Positions 1 through 8,377 of a DNA stretch of 64,000 nt are shown piece by piece; position 1 is the first letter of the stretch, and each line of letters opens with the position of its first letter. The position numbers were made by a program, and so were the translations under genes. The notes under the pieces were generated by a model. That model searched no databases and was not told where the DNA came from. It worked only from the letters and a program-made list of their open reading frames with translations. The stretch comes from an uncultured Actinomycetes bacterium (GTDB lineage Bacteria; Actinomycetota; Thermoleophilia; Gaiellales; Gaiellaceae). The stretch spans positions 280,787 through 344,786 of the forward strand of contig CAWDIJ010000005.1 in NCBI GenBank assembly GCA_963802375.1, in the 5' to 3' direction.

Positions 1-245
1 TCCTTGTACGCCTCGACAACCTCCGGGATGTCGGGCGGCTCGCGAAGCCAGCGCTCGCCGTTCCCGCGGATCCAGGTGGCCTTCGGGAGGTCGCGAAGCC
101 TCGCGAGCGTCTCTCGGGGCGCGGGGCTCGGCGTGCCGTAGTCGCCGCCGAGGAGAACGCGGTCGCAGCCCACGTCCTCCAGCTCCGCAAGCACCGCCTC
201 CAGCGCCGGCAGGTTTCCGTGGATGTCGTACAGAAGCCCTAACAC
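1..245 (-). CDS. metallophosphoesterase family protein (N-terminal part; 3' end runs off the window)
   Basis: Minus-strand frame reads VLGLLYDIHGNLPALEAVLAELEDVGCDRVLLGGDY..., the DxHGN and GGD motifs of calcineurin-like phosphoesterases. GTG at 245-243. Absent from the ORF track because the window edge cuts it. Confidence 0.6.
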   Translation of the reverse strand, partial: MLGLLYDIHGNLPALEAVLAELEDVGCDRVLLGGDYGTPSPAPRETLARLRDLPKATWIRGNGERWLREPPDIPEVVEAYK

Positions 246-289
246 ACCGACGATTCTTCCTTGGAATGGGGTAGGTTCCGCCCGCCGCG

Positions 290-694
290 ATGTTGGTTTC
301 CGAGAGGACGATCTCCGTCGTGCTGGCGGACGACGACGAGGGCTACCTCGAGACGCTTCGCGCGCTCGTCGAGCAGCAACCGCCCTTGAGGGTCGTCGGG
401 GTCGCCCTCGACGGGATCGAGGCCGTGAAATGCGTCGAGACCATCGACCCGGACGCCGTCGTGATCGACCTGCACATGCCGAGGCTGCACGGCGTGGCCG
501 CCGTGGGTCGGCTTCGCGCAGAGCATCCGAACCTGTGCCTGATTGCGCTCACCGGCGACACTGACCCCGCGCTGCATCAAGCCGCGACCGACGCGGGCGC
601 CGACGCAGTCATGCTCAAGGGGCAGCTGCTGGAAGGCCTCAGCGAGCGCATCGCGGCGGTGCGACGGGGACGCGAGACCGCGGCGCTCCGCTGA
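290..694 (+). CDS. stand-alone response-regulator receiver domain protein (CheY-like)
   Basis: 134-aa ORF. VVLADDD...VVIDLHMP...IALTGD...K motifs typical of REC domains. No output domain. Confidence 0.85.
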   Translation: MLVSERTISVVLADDDEGYLETLRALVEQQPPLRVVGVALDGIEAVKCVETIDPDAVVIDLHMPRLHGVAAVGRLRAEHPNLCLIALTGDTDPALHQAATDAGADAVMLKGQLLEGLSERIAAVRRGRETAALR

Positions 695-705
695 CACGTG
701 CCAGG

Positions 706-778
706 TGGCGAGGGCCGGAATCGAACCGGCGACACCACGGTTTTCAGCCGTGTGCTCTACCAACTGAGCTACCTCGCC
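706..778 (-). tRNA. tRNA-Phe (anticodon GAA)
   Basis: Reverse complement GGCGAGGTAGCTCAGTTGGTAGAGCACACGGCTGAAAACCGTGGTGTCGCCGGTTCGATTCCGGCCCTCGCCA folds as a cloverleaf with anticodon loop CT-GAA-AA. CCA is not encoded. Confidence 0.9.
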
Positions 779-802
779 GCAGTGCGGCCAGTCTAGCCGG
801 AC

Positions 803-846
803 AAAAAGAGACGTCCGGGCCGGTGCAACCGCGCCACGAACGTCTC
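803..846 (-). terminator. intrinsic terminator candidate downstream of the methyltransferase gene
   Basis: On the minus strand GAGACGT (846-840) pairs with ACGTCTC (814-808) and is followed by TTTTTGT. It lies 14 nt after the TAG at 862-860. Confidence 0.5.
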
Positions 847-859
847 AGTGCGCTGGACG

Positions 860-1360
860 CTACCCCCCTTCGCCGCGCCGGGCAAGGATGGCGTTGCCGC
901 GCCCGGCCGTAATTTGCGCAAAGTCCGTGAACCCGCGCCGCTCGAGCTCGCGGCGCAGGCGGTCGGGCGCGACGTAGATCGGCGTCTCCGGCCCCGCCGA
1001 GAACGCAAAGAGCGTCCAGCCGCCGGGCTTGAGGACCCGGGCGGTCTCGTCGAGGAACGGGATCATGTTCGCATGTGCGACGACGTCGAACTCGGCATCG
1101 TCGAACGGGAGCGCCGACGCGTCTCCCTGAACGAACTCGACGCCCGGAGCCAGTCGCCGAGCTTCCTCGAGCATCGCCTCGGACACGTCGACGCCTACGA
1201 CCTTCGCGTCCTGAAAGCGCTTCGCGATCTCGAGGGCCCCCGCGCCGGTTCCGGTCCCGACGTCCAACACACGTCGCACGGGCCCTTCCACGCGGTCGAG
1301 GGCCGTCTCGTAGGAAGCGAGGGAATCAGGTTGCCGCATGGCCGCCCACACCGGAGCCAT
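860..1360 (-). CDS. class I SAM-dependent methyltransferase
   Basis: VLDVGTGTGAGALEIA (motif I), VVGVDVS, FDVVAHANMIPF, LKPGG. ATG at 1360 is the first canonical start. The frame stays open upstream (RWQFDR...) to the neighbour's stop, so the true start is uncertain. Confidence 0.75.
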   Translation of the reverse strand: MAPVWAAMRQPDSLASYETALDRVEGPVRRVLDVGTGTGAGALEIAKRFQDAKVVGVDVSEAMLEEARRLAPGVEFVQGDASALPFDDAEFDVVAHANMIPFLDETARVLKPGGWTLFAFSAGPETPIYVAPDRLRRELERRGFTDFAQITAGRGNAILARRGEGG

Positions 1361-1467
1361 GCGGTCGAACTGCCAGCGGACCGCCGAACGGAAGATGGGC
1401 CAGAGACGGGGCCACCGGACGACGAGGTTGGTGACCAGCCGGACGAACCGCCGGCCAAGGTGTTCGC

Positions 1468-2268
1468 CTAGTCGGCCCGTAGCCGAACCTCCGTCCCGGC
1501 CCGCACACCGAATGTCTGGGCTGCGTTCCCGCGGGAGATCGCGAGCGCGATGTTCCGGTATGCGTCCTCGTACAGGACGATGTCGCCGGGCCGTGCGTCG
1601 GCGAACGTCCTCGCGGCCTGGGCGTAGAAACGGTCGACGGGGAGCTCCACCTCGACCCTCACGCCCGGCACGATGCCCAGCGGCTCGACGTCGCTCGCCG
1701 TCAGGTTCAGCTGGATGTTCCCGAACCGGTCGACGTAGAGACACTTCGCCCGGATCCGGCGCGTCCCGATCTCCGGCTGCGGATACTCGTGGCGGACGAG
1801 CGAGTCCGGCTCGACGGCATCACCGAGGTCTCCCGGGGCGAGGCCTAGCGCGAGGTGGGCCGCCGCCGGAGAGAAGATGTCCCGGCCGTGAAACGTCGGC
1901 GCAATCGGCTCGAGGGCGTACTCGCGGTTCGTGATCTCGTTCGCCGCCGCGATCCCGCCGAGGCGCTCTGCTGCAGGCACGAGCAGACCGTTGTCCGGCC
2001 CAACGAGGAGCCGGTCGTCCCCAGTGCGGATCACGAGCGCGCGGCGGGGCGTCCCGACGTCCGGATCGACAATCGCGAGATGCACGCCGGCCGGCATGTA
2101 CGGCAGGGTGCTGGCCAAGACGACGGAGCCCTGCAGGATGCTCGTCGGCTGGATCCCGTGCGTGATGTGGATCACGTCCACCTGCGGCGCGATCCGCTTG
2201 ATCACGCCGTGGCACGTGCCGGCGAAGTCGTCCTCGACGCCGAAGTCCGAGAGGAAGGTGATCACCAC
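1468..2268 (-). CDS. SAM hydroxide adenosyltransferase / DUF62 (fluorinase-chlorinase-like) family protein
   Basis: VVITFLSDFGVEDDFAGTCHGVI...VDPDVGT...GPDNGLL...TFHGRDIF...VDRFGN are the hallmark motifs. GTG at 2268. The long upstream extension in the track is Arg/Ala-rich GC artefact. Confidence 0.85.
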   Translation of the reverse strand: MVITFLSDFGVEDDFAGTCHGVIKRIAPQVDVIHITHGIQPTSILQGSVVLASTLPYMPAGVHLAIVDPDVGTPRRALVIRTGDDRLLVGPDNGLLVPAAERLGGIAAANEITNREYALEPIAPTFHGRDIFSPAAAHLALGLAPGDLGDAVEPDSLVRHEYPQPEIGTRRIRAKCLYVDRFGNIQLNLTASDVEPLGIVPGVRVEVELPVDRFYAQAARTFADARPGDIVLYEDAYRNIALAISRGNAAQTFGVRAGTEVRLRAD

Positions 2269-2279
2269 GGAGCTGGACG

Positions 2280-2903
2280 CTAACGCGTCGCCGCCTCCAC
2301 GGCGGCCAAGAGGCCTCTTGTGTCCTGGCTCCGTGCCTCCGCTACCACCTCGAGGGCAAGCGACCGCGCCGCCAAAGTGGTCTCCGGCCCGATGGAGACC
2401 GCAGGCCCTCTGCGGCCGAGCGCCGCGTACGCCCGGGCAGCGGACGGCGAGGTGAGAACGACCACATCCGCGTCCGGAAGCTCGGGCGTGAGCTCGCGGG
2501 TCCGGTACAGCGGGACGAAGTCGGCGCCCAGCTCCTCGACGAGCAAGCGCCGGGCGGCCTCGGCGCCGGCGAACAGTACGCGCCCGTACGGCCGGGGCAG
2601 CTCGGAAAGCAGTCCCTCCTGGGTCGACACGCGCGGTACGAGGTCCGCACCGCCGAGCGCATCCGCCGTCACCCGACCGATCGCGGCAAACGCGCCCGGC
2701 CGGCCACGGCCCCGACGGCGAAGCTCCCGTGCAGCCATCGCGCTCGTGACGAGCACCCAGTCGTAGCCGTCGAGGTCGATCGGCTTGTCGCCGAGCGGCT
2801 CGAGCGCGATCAGCGGCACGCACTCGACCTCGTGCCCCGCCGCGTAGAGAGCGTCGGCCAGCTCCTCGTTCCGCCCCTCCGGACGGGTCAGCAGGATCCT
2901 CAC
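2280..2903 (-). CDS. hemD: uroporphyrinogen-III synthase
   Basis: VRILLTRPEGRNEELADAL...VLVTSAMAAREL...VVLTSPSAA pattern. GTG at 2903 overlaps the hemC stop (GTGA). Sits downstream of hemA-hemC. Confidence 0.8.
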   Translation of the reverse strand: MRILLTRPEGRNEELADALYAAGHEVECVPLIALEPLGDKPIDLDGYDWVLVTSAMAARELRRRGRGRPGAFAAIGRVTADALGGADLVPRVSTQEGLLSELPRPYGRVLFAGAEAARRLLVEELGADFVPLYRTRELTPELPDADVVVLTSPSAARAYAALGRRGPAVSIGPETTLAARSLALEVVAEARSQDTRGLLAAVEAATR

Positions 2904-3724
2904 GGAACGAGTGCGAGCAGCTCCCGCCCGAGGCTGACGGGATCGTCTCCGGTTCGGCGCTCGACCCAGCTCCCGTCCTCGGCCGCAATGAGCGCGGTCA
3001 GCCGGTCGCCGTCGTGGTACGCGGCGACTGGTGCGAGGCAGCCACCGCCGACGGCCGCGACGCATGCACGCTCGGACTCGACCCGCCGCCTGGTCGCCGA
3101 GTGGTCGGCGTGAGCGACCACGCCTTCCTCTCCGGCCCGGACCTGGAGCGCGAGCGCGCCCTGGCCGGACTCGGGCAGCAGCTCGTCGGGCTCGAAGCGC
3201 CGGCCGATCTCGTCTGCGAGGCCGAGCCGGTCGAGGCCGCAGGCCGCGAGAACGACCGCATCGAGGCCCCGCTCGCCCCGCTTCCGGAGTCGCGTGTCGA
3301 TGTTCCCCCGCAGCGGCTCGATCCGAAGCTCGGGTTCGAGCGCGAGCAGCTGCGCCCGACGCCGGACCGATGCAGTCCCGACACGCATCCCCGGCCGGAC
3401 GGCGTCCGAGCCGCAGAGCGCGTCGCGCGGATCCTCCCGCTCGAGGTAGGCGCCGACCGCGAGCCCTTCCGTGTCCGTCGACGTCATGTCCTTCGCCGAG
3501 TGGACGGCGACGTCGATCCGCTCTTCGAGCAGCGCCTCCTCGAGCTCCTTCACGAAGACGCCCCGCGAGCCGATCTCTCCGAACGGCTTCGTCCGATCGC
3601 GGTCGCCTGCGGTCGTCACCGGGACGAGCGCGAACTCCAAGCCGGGCCGACGCAGCGCTTCGACCGCGAGCTCGGCCTGCGTCAGGGCGAGGCGGCTACC
3701 CCTCGAGCCGACCCTGAGGAGCAC
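2900..3724 (-). CDS. hemC: hydroxymethylbilane synthase (porphobilinogen deaminase)
   Basis: LRVGSRGSRLALTQA...TTAGDR...GVFVKELEEALL...VHSAKD...RGNIDTRL motifs. GTG start at 3724 overlaps the hemA 3' end by 29 nt. Confidence 0.9.
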   Translation of the reverse strand: MLLRVGSRGSRLALTQAELAVEALRRPGLEFALVPVTTAGDRDRTKPFGEIGSRGVFVKELEEALLEERIDVAVHSAKDMTSTDTEGLAVGAYLEREDPRDALCGSDAVRPGMRVGTASVRRRAQLLALEPELRIEPLRGNIDTRLRKRGERGLDAVVLAACGLDRLGLADEIGRRFEPDELLPESGQGALALQVRAGEEGVVAHADHSATRRRVESERACVAAVGGGCLAPVAAYHDGDRLTALIAAEDGSWVERRTGDDPVSLGRELLALVP

Positions 3725-4928
3725 GGCGCTCGTCCTCCTCTCCGAGCCCGGCCTCCTTCAGGCGCATGATCGGCTGATGGAGGAGCTTGTTGACGATCTG
3801 GCTTGTCAGGGATTCCACGGCGCGGCGCTCGGGGTCCGAGAGCCCGACGAGGCGTGGGCTCGCCTTCGCGAGCTCCCGGCGGCGAATGGTCTCGGCCCGC
3901 TCCCGAAGCGACGCGATCGCGGGAACCGAGTCGAGCGAGGCCAGCCACTGCTGGAATCGTTCTCCCTCCCTCGCGACGATCGCTTCCGCCCTGATCGCCT
4001 CTCCGCGGCGCCCGGTGAGCGTCTCCTCGACGACGGACTGGAGGTCGTCGATGTCGTACAGGAAGCAGCCGTGAAGCTCCTTGACGGCCGGATCGATGTC
4101 GCGCGGCACGGCGAGATCGACGAGGAGCAGCGGTCGACCGCGGCGGGCCGAGAGCGCACGCTCGACGTGCTCCCGCGCGAGGATCGTGTCGCGGGACGCC
4201 GTCGACGAGACGACGATGTCGGCTTGCACGAGCTCCGGCTCGAGCGCGTCCAGCGAGAGCGCCTCGCCACCGAAGCGCTCGGCGAGCGATGTCGCGCGGT
4301 CGAGCGTCCGGTTCGCGACGAACGAGAGCTCCGCTCCGCGGCTGACGAGGTTGCGCGCCGCCAGCTCGCCGACCTTGCCGGCGCCGATGACGACGATGCG
4401 GCGGCCGCCGAGGTCCCCGAAAACCTGCGCTGCGAGAGCTGCCGCGGCCGAGGCCACGGAGGCAGGGCTCTCGCCGATGGCGGTCTCCGTCCTCACCCGC
4501 TTGCCCGCGTGCAGCGCCTGCCGGAAGAGCCGGTCGAGGAGCGGCCCGACAGCGCCACGCTCGTAGGCGGACCGGACCTGTCCCTGGATCTCTCCCTCTC
4601 CCGGCACGAGCGAGTCCAGCCCGGCAGCGACGCGGAAGAGGTGCGTGGCGGCCGCCTCCTGCTCGAGGCGGTAGAGGTACGGCTCGAGCTCTGTTGGCGG
4701 GATCCGGCCCAGCTCTGCGAGCACGGCCGTCGCGCGATCGCCGGCAGCGTCTGCATCGGCGGCCGCGAGGTAGAGCTCGGTGCGGTTGCACGTCGAGAGA
4801 CACACCGCCTCCCCGCTTTCTCCCAGTCGCTGCGCGAGTGCCGCCTCGCCCTCCCCGTCGAGTGCGACCCGCTCACGGACTTCGACGGGCGCGAGCCGGT
4901 GGGAGGTTCCGACGACGAGCAGCTTCAT
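3696..4928 (-). CDS. hemA: glutamyl-tRNA reductase
   Basis: MKLLVVGTSHRLAPVEVRE...LSTCNRTELY...VIGAGKVGELAARNL. ATG at 4928 overlaps the upstream stop (ATGA). The 609-aa track ORF is an artefactual extension. Confidence 0.9.
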   Translation of the reverse strand: MKLLVVGTSHRLAPVEVRERVALDGEGEAALAQRLGESGEAVCLSTCNRTELYLAAADADAAGDRATAVLAELGRIPPTELEPYLYRLEQEAAATHLFRVAAGLDSLVPGEGEIQGQVRSAYERGAVGPLLDRLFRQALHAGKRVRTETAIGESPASVASAAAALAAQVFGDLGGRRIVVIGAGKVGELAARNLVSRGAELSFVANRTLDRATSLAERFGGEALSLDALEPELVQADIVVSSTASRDTILAREHVERALSARRGRPLLLVDLAVPRDIDPAVKELHGCFLYDIDDLQSVVEETLTGRRGEAIRAEAIVAREGERFQQWLASLDSVPAIASLRERAETIRRRELAKASPRLVGLSDPERRAVESLTSQIVNKLLHQPIMRLKEAGLGEEDERRAPQGRLEG

Positions 4929-5704
4929 GCGACGTGGGCGAACAGGAGCCCAAGTTGGAGGACGATGACGGCGCCGACGCCGCCGAGCGTGAGCGCAGCT
5001 GCGAGCTCGCGACGACCCGCGCCTACACGGAGATAGAGAACGGCCGCGCCGAGTGACCAGAGGACGATCGTGCCCGCGATGAGGACATCGAGCCCGCGAT
5101 CCGGAAGCCGCGCAAGGCCCGGCACGATCCCGGCAGTCAGAGCGACGAGCGACACGGCGACGGTCGTGACGGTGAGCCGGTCGAGCGACACCAAGGACGG
5201 GACGCGGAGCCGCAGCAGCCCGGCCGGATGGCTCTTCAGCTCGCGTTCCTGCCAGAGCTCGAGCGCCGCGAGGCCGCCCGCGACCGTGAAGCCGGCGAAG
5301 GAGACGAGGATGAGCCCGACGTGGAGGACGAGCACGACGTCGCCCCAGGCTGCCACCGCCGTGTTGTCCGTCCCCCCGGCGGCGTACGAGATCGCAAGAA
5401 GCGCGGCCGCGAGCGGCATCACCCCGAGCCCGAGGAGCCGGTAGCGCGGACTGCAGCCCCAGATCAGGTACGCGCTGACGACGAGCCAGACGAAGAGGTT
5501 GAGCGAGCCCGCCCAGGTGCTCCACGGGAAGCCGTCGGCATCGCTCGCCTGGACGACCAGGAGCGCCGTCTGCGCGAGCCAGCCGAGGCGGACGCCCCAG
5601 GTCCCGAGGCGCCCGAGCGATCCCGGCCGGCGCGCGTTCCCCGCGTACGCGACCGCCGCCTCGCCGTACGCAAGCAGGGCCGGCCAGACGAGCAGCTCAG
5701 CCAC
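4925..5704 (-). CDS. cytochrome c assembly family membrane protein (HemX/CcsA-like)
   Basis: 259-aa polytopic membrane protein directly upstream of hemA. Its position and hydrophobicity recall Bacillus HemX. No clear W-rich WWD motif was seen, so the assignment is by context. Confidence 0.55.
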   Translation of the reverse strand: MAELLVWPALLAYGEAAVAYAGNARRPGSLGRLGTWGVRLGWLAQTALLVVQASDADGFPWSTWAGSLNLFVWLVVSAYLIWGCSPRYRLLGLGVMPLAAALLAISYAAGGTDNTAVAAWGDVVLVLHVGLILVSFAGFTVAGGLAALELWQERELKSHPAGLLRLRVPSLVSLDRLTVTTVAVSLVALTAGIVPGLARLPDRGLDVLIAGTIVLWSLGAAVLYLRVGAGRRELAAALTLGGVGAVIVLQLGLLFAHVA

Positions 5705-5855
5705 CGCGTGCCTCCCGCTCCCGCGCCAGCTGAGCGAGCGTGGTCAGCTCGCGCTCCAGACGCCCGACCTTCAGCGAAATGAGGACGACGTAGAGCAGCA
5801 CGGCCGCGAAGACCACGAGATACGCCGCCCAGAGGTACTTCTCCCCGGTACTCAC
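5697..5855 (-). CDS. small single-TM protein, CcmD-like by size and position
   Basis: Not in the ORF track. GTG at 5855 gives VSTGEKYLWAAYLVVFAAVLLYVVLISLKVGRLERELTTLAQLAREREARGG (52 aa). It lies between ccmC and the next gene, and its stop overlaps the next start (GTGGCTGA). Confidence 0.4.
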   Translation of the reverse strand: MSTGEKYLWAAYLVVFAAVLLYVVLISLKVGRLERELTTLAQLAREREARGG

Positions 5856-5874
5856 GCCAGCCTCTCCCCGGTGC

Positions 5875-6588
5875 TCACGCCAGCCGCTCCCGCAGCGCGC
5901 GGAGGCTCGCGTCGGCCCGTTTTCCGGAGAGCTCGATCAGGTAGAGGGCGCCGGCCAGCGCCAGCATCGCGGCCAGGCAGACGCAGAACGTGAGGAACAT
6001 CGAGCCCTCCATGTCGGGCCCATCACGTTTGAAGACCACGGGATGGATCAGCCCCTCCGCAAGCCGGATCGCCAGGAAGCTGACCGGGATCAGCACGACC
6101 CCGAAGAGCGCGTAAACGGCGGACGTGCGGGCCCGGCGCGGCCCAGGATCGGTCGAGTACCGGAGCATGAAGTACGCGGAGTAGAACAGGAACAGGATTA
6201 AGAAGAGCGTCAGCTGCTGTTCGCTCCAGACCCACCACTGGCCCCAGGAGACCTTTGCCCAGATCGAGCCGGTGACCAGAGTGAGCACGCCGAAGATCAC
6301 ACCCATGTGCACGGCCGTGTAGCTCTCGAGGTCGTGACGCTCCTCGCCTTTCCAGAGCAGGCGAAGCGCCTTCCAGGCGGCCCAGAAGAACGCGGCGTAC
6401 GAGGTCAGCGCGACCGGGACGTGGACGTAGAAGATCTTCTGGCTGATGCCCTGGTCGGCGTCCTCGGGCGCCCAGAAGATCGCGAGCGAAAGGCCCGCGA
6501 CCAGGAGAGCCGCCGCTGTCAGCGAGAGGAGGGCGGCGCCGTTATTCCGTAACGACGTACTCAAAGCTTGCCCAGGACAGGATCGCAA
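5875..6588 (-). CDS. ccmC: heme exporter protein C
   Basis: IFYVHVP, WAKVSWGQWWVWSEQQLT (WWD-type tryptophan-rich motif), LIHPV. Start is uncertain: ATG 6588 overlaps ccmB by 47 nt, and TTG 6564 is an alternative. Confidence 0.8.
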   Translation of the reverse strand: MRSCPGQALSTSLRNNGAALLSLTAAALLVAGLSLAIFWAPEDADQGISQKIFYVHVPVALTSYAAFFWAAWKALRLLWKGEERHDLESYTAVHMGVIFGVLTLVTGSIWAKVSWGQWWVWSEQQLTLFLILFLFYSAYFMLRYSTDPGPRRARTSAVYALFGVVLIPVSFLAIRLAEGLIHPVVFKRDGPDMEGSMFLTFCVCLAAMLALAGALYLIELSGKRADASLRALRERLA

Positions 6589-7183
6589 AGATCAGGTCGT
6601 AGAGCGCGAGGAAGGCCAGGTATCGGCCTGGGTCGTCGTCGACAGTCGCGCCCACGCCGCCGATCACGAGTGGGATGGCAACGGGTAGGAACAGAAGCGG
6701 CAGAAGCAGCTCGCGTGCGCGGGCGGCGGCGGCCATTGCGCCGAGCAGGGTCCCGACCGCAGCGATCCCGACGTTCGCGAGAGCGACGCCGGCGATCAGC
6801 TCCCAGGTCACGGCCTCGTAGAAGAGCCCGAACGCCGGAAGCGCGACGGCCTCGGCGAACAACAGGAAGGCGAGGACGCTGAGCGTCTTTCCGAGCCAGA
6901 TCGCGCTCCGATCGCACGGCGCGAGGATCAGCCCGTCGAGCGTCCCCTGGTCCCGCTCGCCCACGAACGCACGCACGAGGGCAAGCAGCGCCGTAAAGAG
7001 GAGCGCGATCCAGAGCATCCCGCTCGCCGCGAGGCGCGAGCTCTCGGCCGGAAGGGCGAAGTGGAAGACCACGAGCGCCGCGACGACGAAGAGAAGCATG
7101 GCAGGCACGGTGTCGCGCGTACGGAGCTCGACGAGGAGATCCTTCCGCGCGAGTGCCGCGACGTCCCCGAGGTAGCCGGTCAC
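6542..7183 (-). CDS. ccmB: heme exporter protein B
   Basis: 213-aa six-TM protein between the ccmA and ccmC homologues. GTG at 7183 overlaps the ccmA stop (GTGA). Confidence 0.8.
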   Translation of the reverse strand: MTGYLGDVAALARKDLLVELRTRDTVPAMLLFVVAALVVFHFALPAESSRLAASGMLWIALLFTALLALVRAFVGERDQGTLDGLILAPCDRSAIWLGKTLSVLAFLLFAEAVALPAFGLFYEAVTWELIAGVALANVGIAAVGTLLGAMAAAARARELLLPLLFLPVAIPLVIGGVGATVDDDPGRYLAFLALYDLIFAILSWASFEYVVTE

Positions 7184-7761
7184 GCGAGCGCGAGTCGCTG
7201 GGTCGCGAGCGGCGCGATCCGCTCGGGCTGGTGGCTTGCAACAACGATGGTGCGCGGCTCCGCCTGGTTCAGCTCCGCGTGGAGAAGCTCGGCGCCGTCG
7301 GCATCAAGCGCGCTGAAGGGCTCATCGAGGAGCAGAAGCTCTGGGTCGTGGAGAAGCGTCCGGCAGAGCGCGAGCCGCTGCACCATCCCCCGCGAGAGCC
7401 TCGACACGGGCTCGCCGCGGGCATCCCAGAGCCCGAAGCGCTCGAGGAGCATTCCCGTTCGCTCGCGGTGCTCCGGGACGCGATAGAGCCGCCCGAAGAG
7501 ATCGAGGTTCTCGAGCGCCGTGAGCTCGCGGTAGACAAGCGGCTCGTGGCCGAGGAAGCCGATCCGCCCGCGGTGGGCGCGAACCTCCAGCTCGCCCTCC
7601 GTCGGAGCGAGCAGCCCCGCAAGCAGCCGAAGCAATGTGGTCTTCCCCGAGCCGTTGGGGCCGGTGATCAGCAGGAATCCACGCTCTTCGAGGCGGACGT
7701 CGACCCCGGAAAGCGCGCGCCGCTCCCCGAACCGCCGGCCGAGCCCACTTGCGCTGATCAT
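7180..7761 (-). CDS. ccmA: heme ABC exporter ATP-binding protein
   Basis: MISASGLGRRFGERRAL...GPNGSGKTTLLRLLAGL (Walker A), LSRGMVQRLAL (signature), LLLLDEP (Walker B). ATG at 7761 is preceded by GGGGAGGAGG. Confidence 0.85.
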   Translation of the reverse strand: MISASGLGRRFGERRALSGVDVRLEERGFLLITGPNGSGKTTLLRLLAGLLAPTEGELEVRAHRGRIGFLGHEPLVYRELTALENLDLFGRLYRVPEHRERTGMLLERFGLWDARGEPVSRLSRGMVQRLALCRTLLHDPELLLLDEPFSALDADGAELLHAELNQAEPRTIVVASHQPERIAPLATQRLALA

Positions 7762-7897
7762 CCCGCGCCCACCTCGCTGGTCTCGCTCAGGAACCCCCAA
7801 CCTCCTCCCCGAGGCGATCGTATCCGTGGGCGGCGCACGAGTGGGTGACGCAACAGTGCCGAAACTGCGCCAACTCGGTTGACTGCCGGTCCCGGGC

Positions 7898-8377
7898 TCA
7901 GGTCTGGCGGTGCCCTCCGGTCTCGCCCGCAAGCAGCCTCACGGCGTGCGAAAGCGCCTCCCGGACGACCGCAAAACCGTCACGGCAGCCACCCGGGGAG
8001 CCGGGCAGGTTCACAACGAGCGTCCGGCCCCGAGCACCCGCGATCCCGCGCGAGAGCATGCCGTGCGGCGTACGCGCCACGGCATCGGCTCGAATCGCCT
8101 CCGCTAGACCCGGAATCTGACGCTCGACGACCGCCGCGGTCGCCTCGGGAGTGACGTCGCGCGGCGCCACGCCCGTGCCTCCCGTGGTCAGGACCAGCTC
8201 GAACTCGTCGGCGAGCGCCTCGATCGCCTCCGCAATCTCGCTCCGCTCGTCCGGCACGACCCGCCGGGTCACCTCGTGTCCGGCCTCCCGGAGAAGCCCT
8301 TCCAGCACTGCGCCGCTCTCGTCCGGGCGCTCGCCGCCCGCGACGCCGTCGGAGACCGTCAGAACCGCGGCCCTCAG
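7898..8377 (-). CDS. mog: molybdopterin adenylyltransferase / MoaB-Mog family protein
   Basis: LRAAVLTVSDG...DESG...LVLTTGGTG...VVNLPGSPGG. The only codon that preserves the conserved TVSDG N-terminus is CTG at 8377, inside a CTGA overlap with the moaC stop and just after AAGGAGGAG. The next canonical start (GTG) would delete the motif. Confidence 0.7.
   Translation of the reverse strand: MRAAVLTVSDGVAGGERPDESGAVLEGLLREAGHEVTRRVVPDERSEIAEAIEALADEFELVLTTGGTGVAPRDVTPEATAAVVERQIPGLAEAIRADAVARTPHGMLSRGIAGARGRTLVVNLPGSPGGCRDGFAVVREALSHAVRLLAGETGGHRQT

Noticed and set aside
860-1467. Non-canonical start for the methyltransferase at 860, since the frame is open from 1467 with no ATG/GTG/TTG before ATG 1360.
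   Set aside because: The upstream residues (…RWQFDR) are only weakly diagnostic and ATG 1360 gives a plausible protein. It was not counted among the non-canonical-start cases.
3696-5525. N-terminally extended versions of real genes given by the ORF track (hemA 609 aa, yidC 402 aa, M28 peptidase 737 aa, amidase 870 aa, DUF62 506 aa, mog 347 aa, birA 344 aa, fabH 431 aa).
   Set aside because: The extensions are low-complexity and overlap the upstream gene extensively. Each is replaced by an internal start that matches family N-termini, often in an NTGA overlap with the preceding stop.
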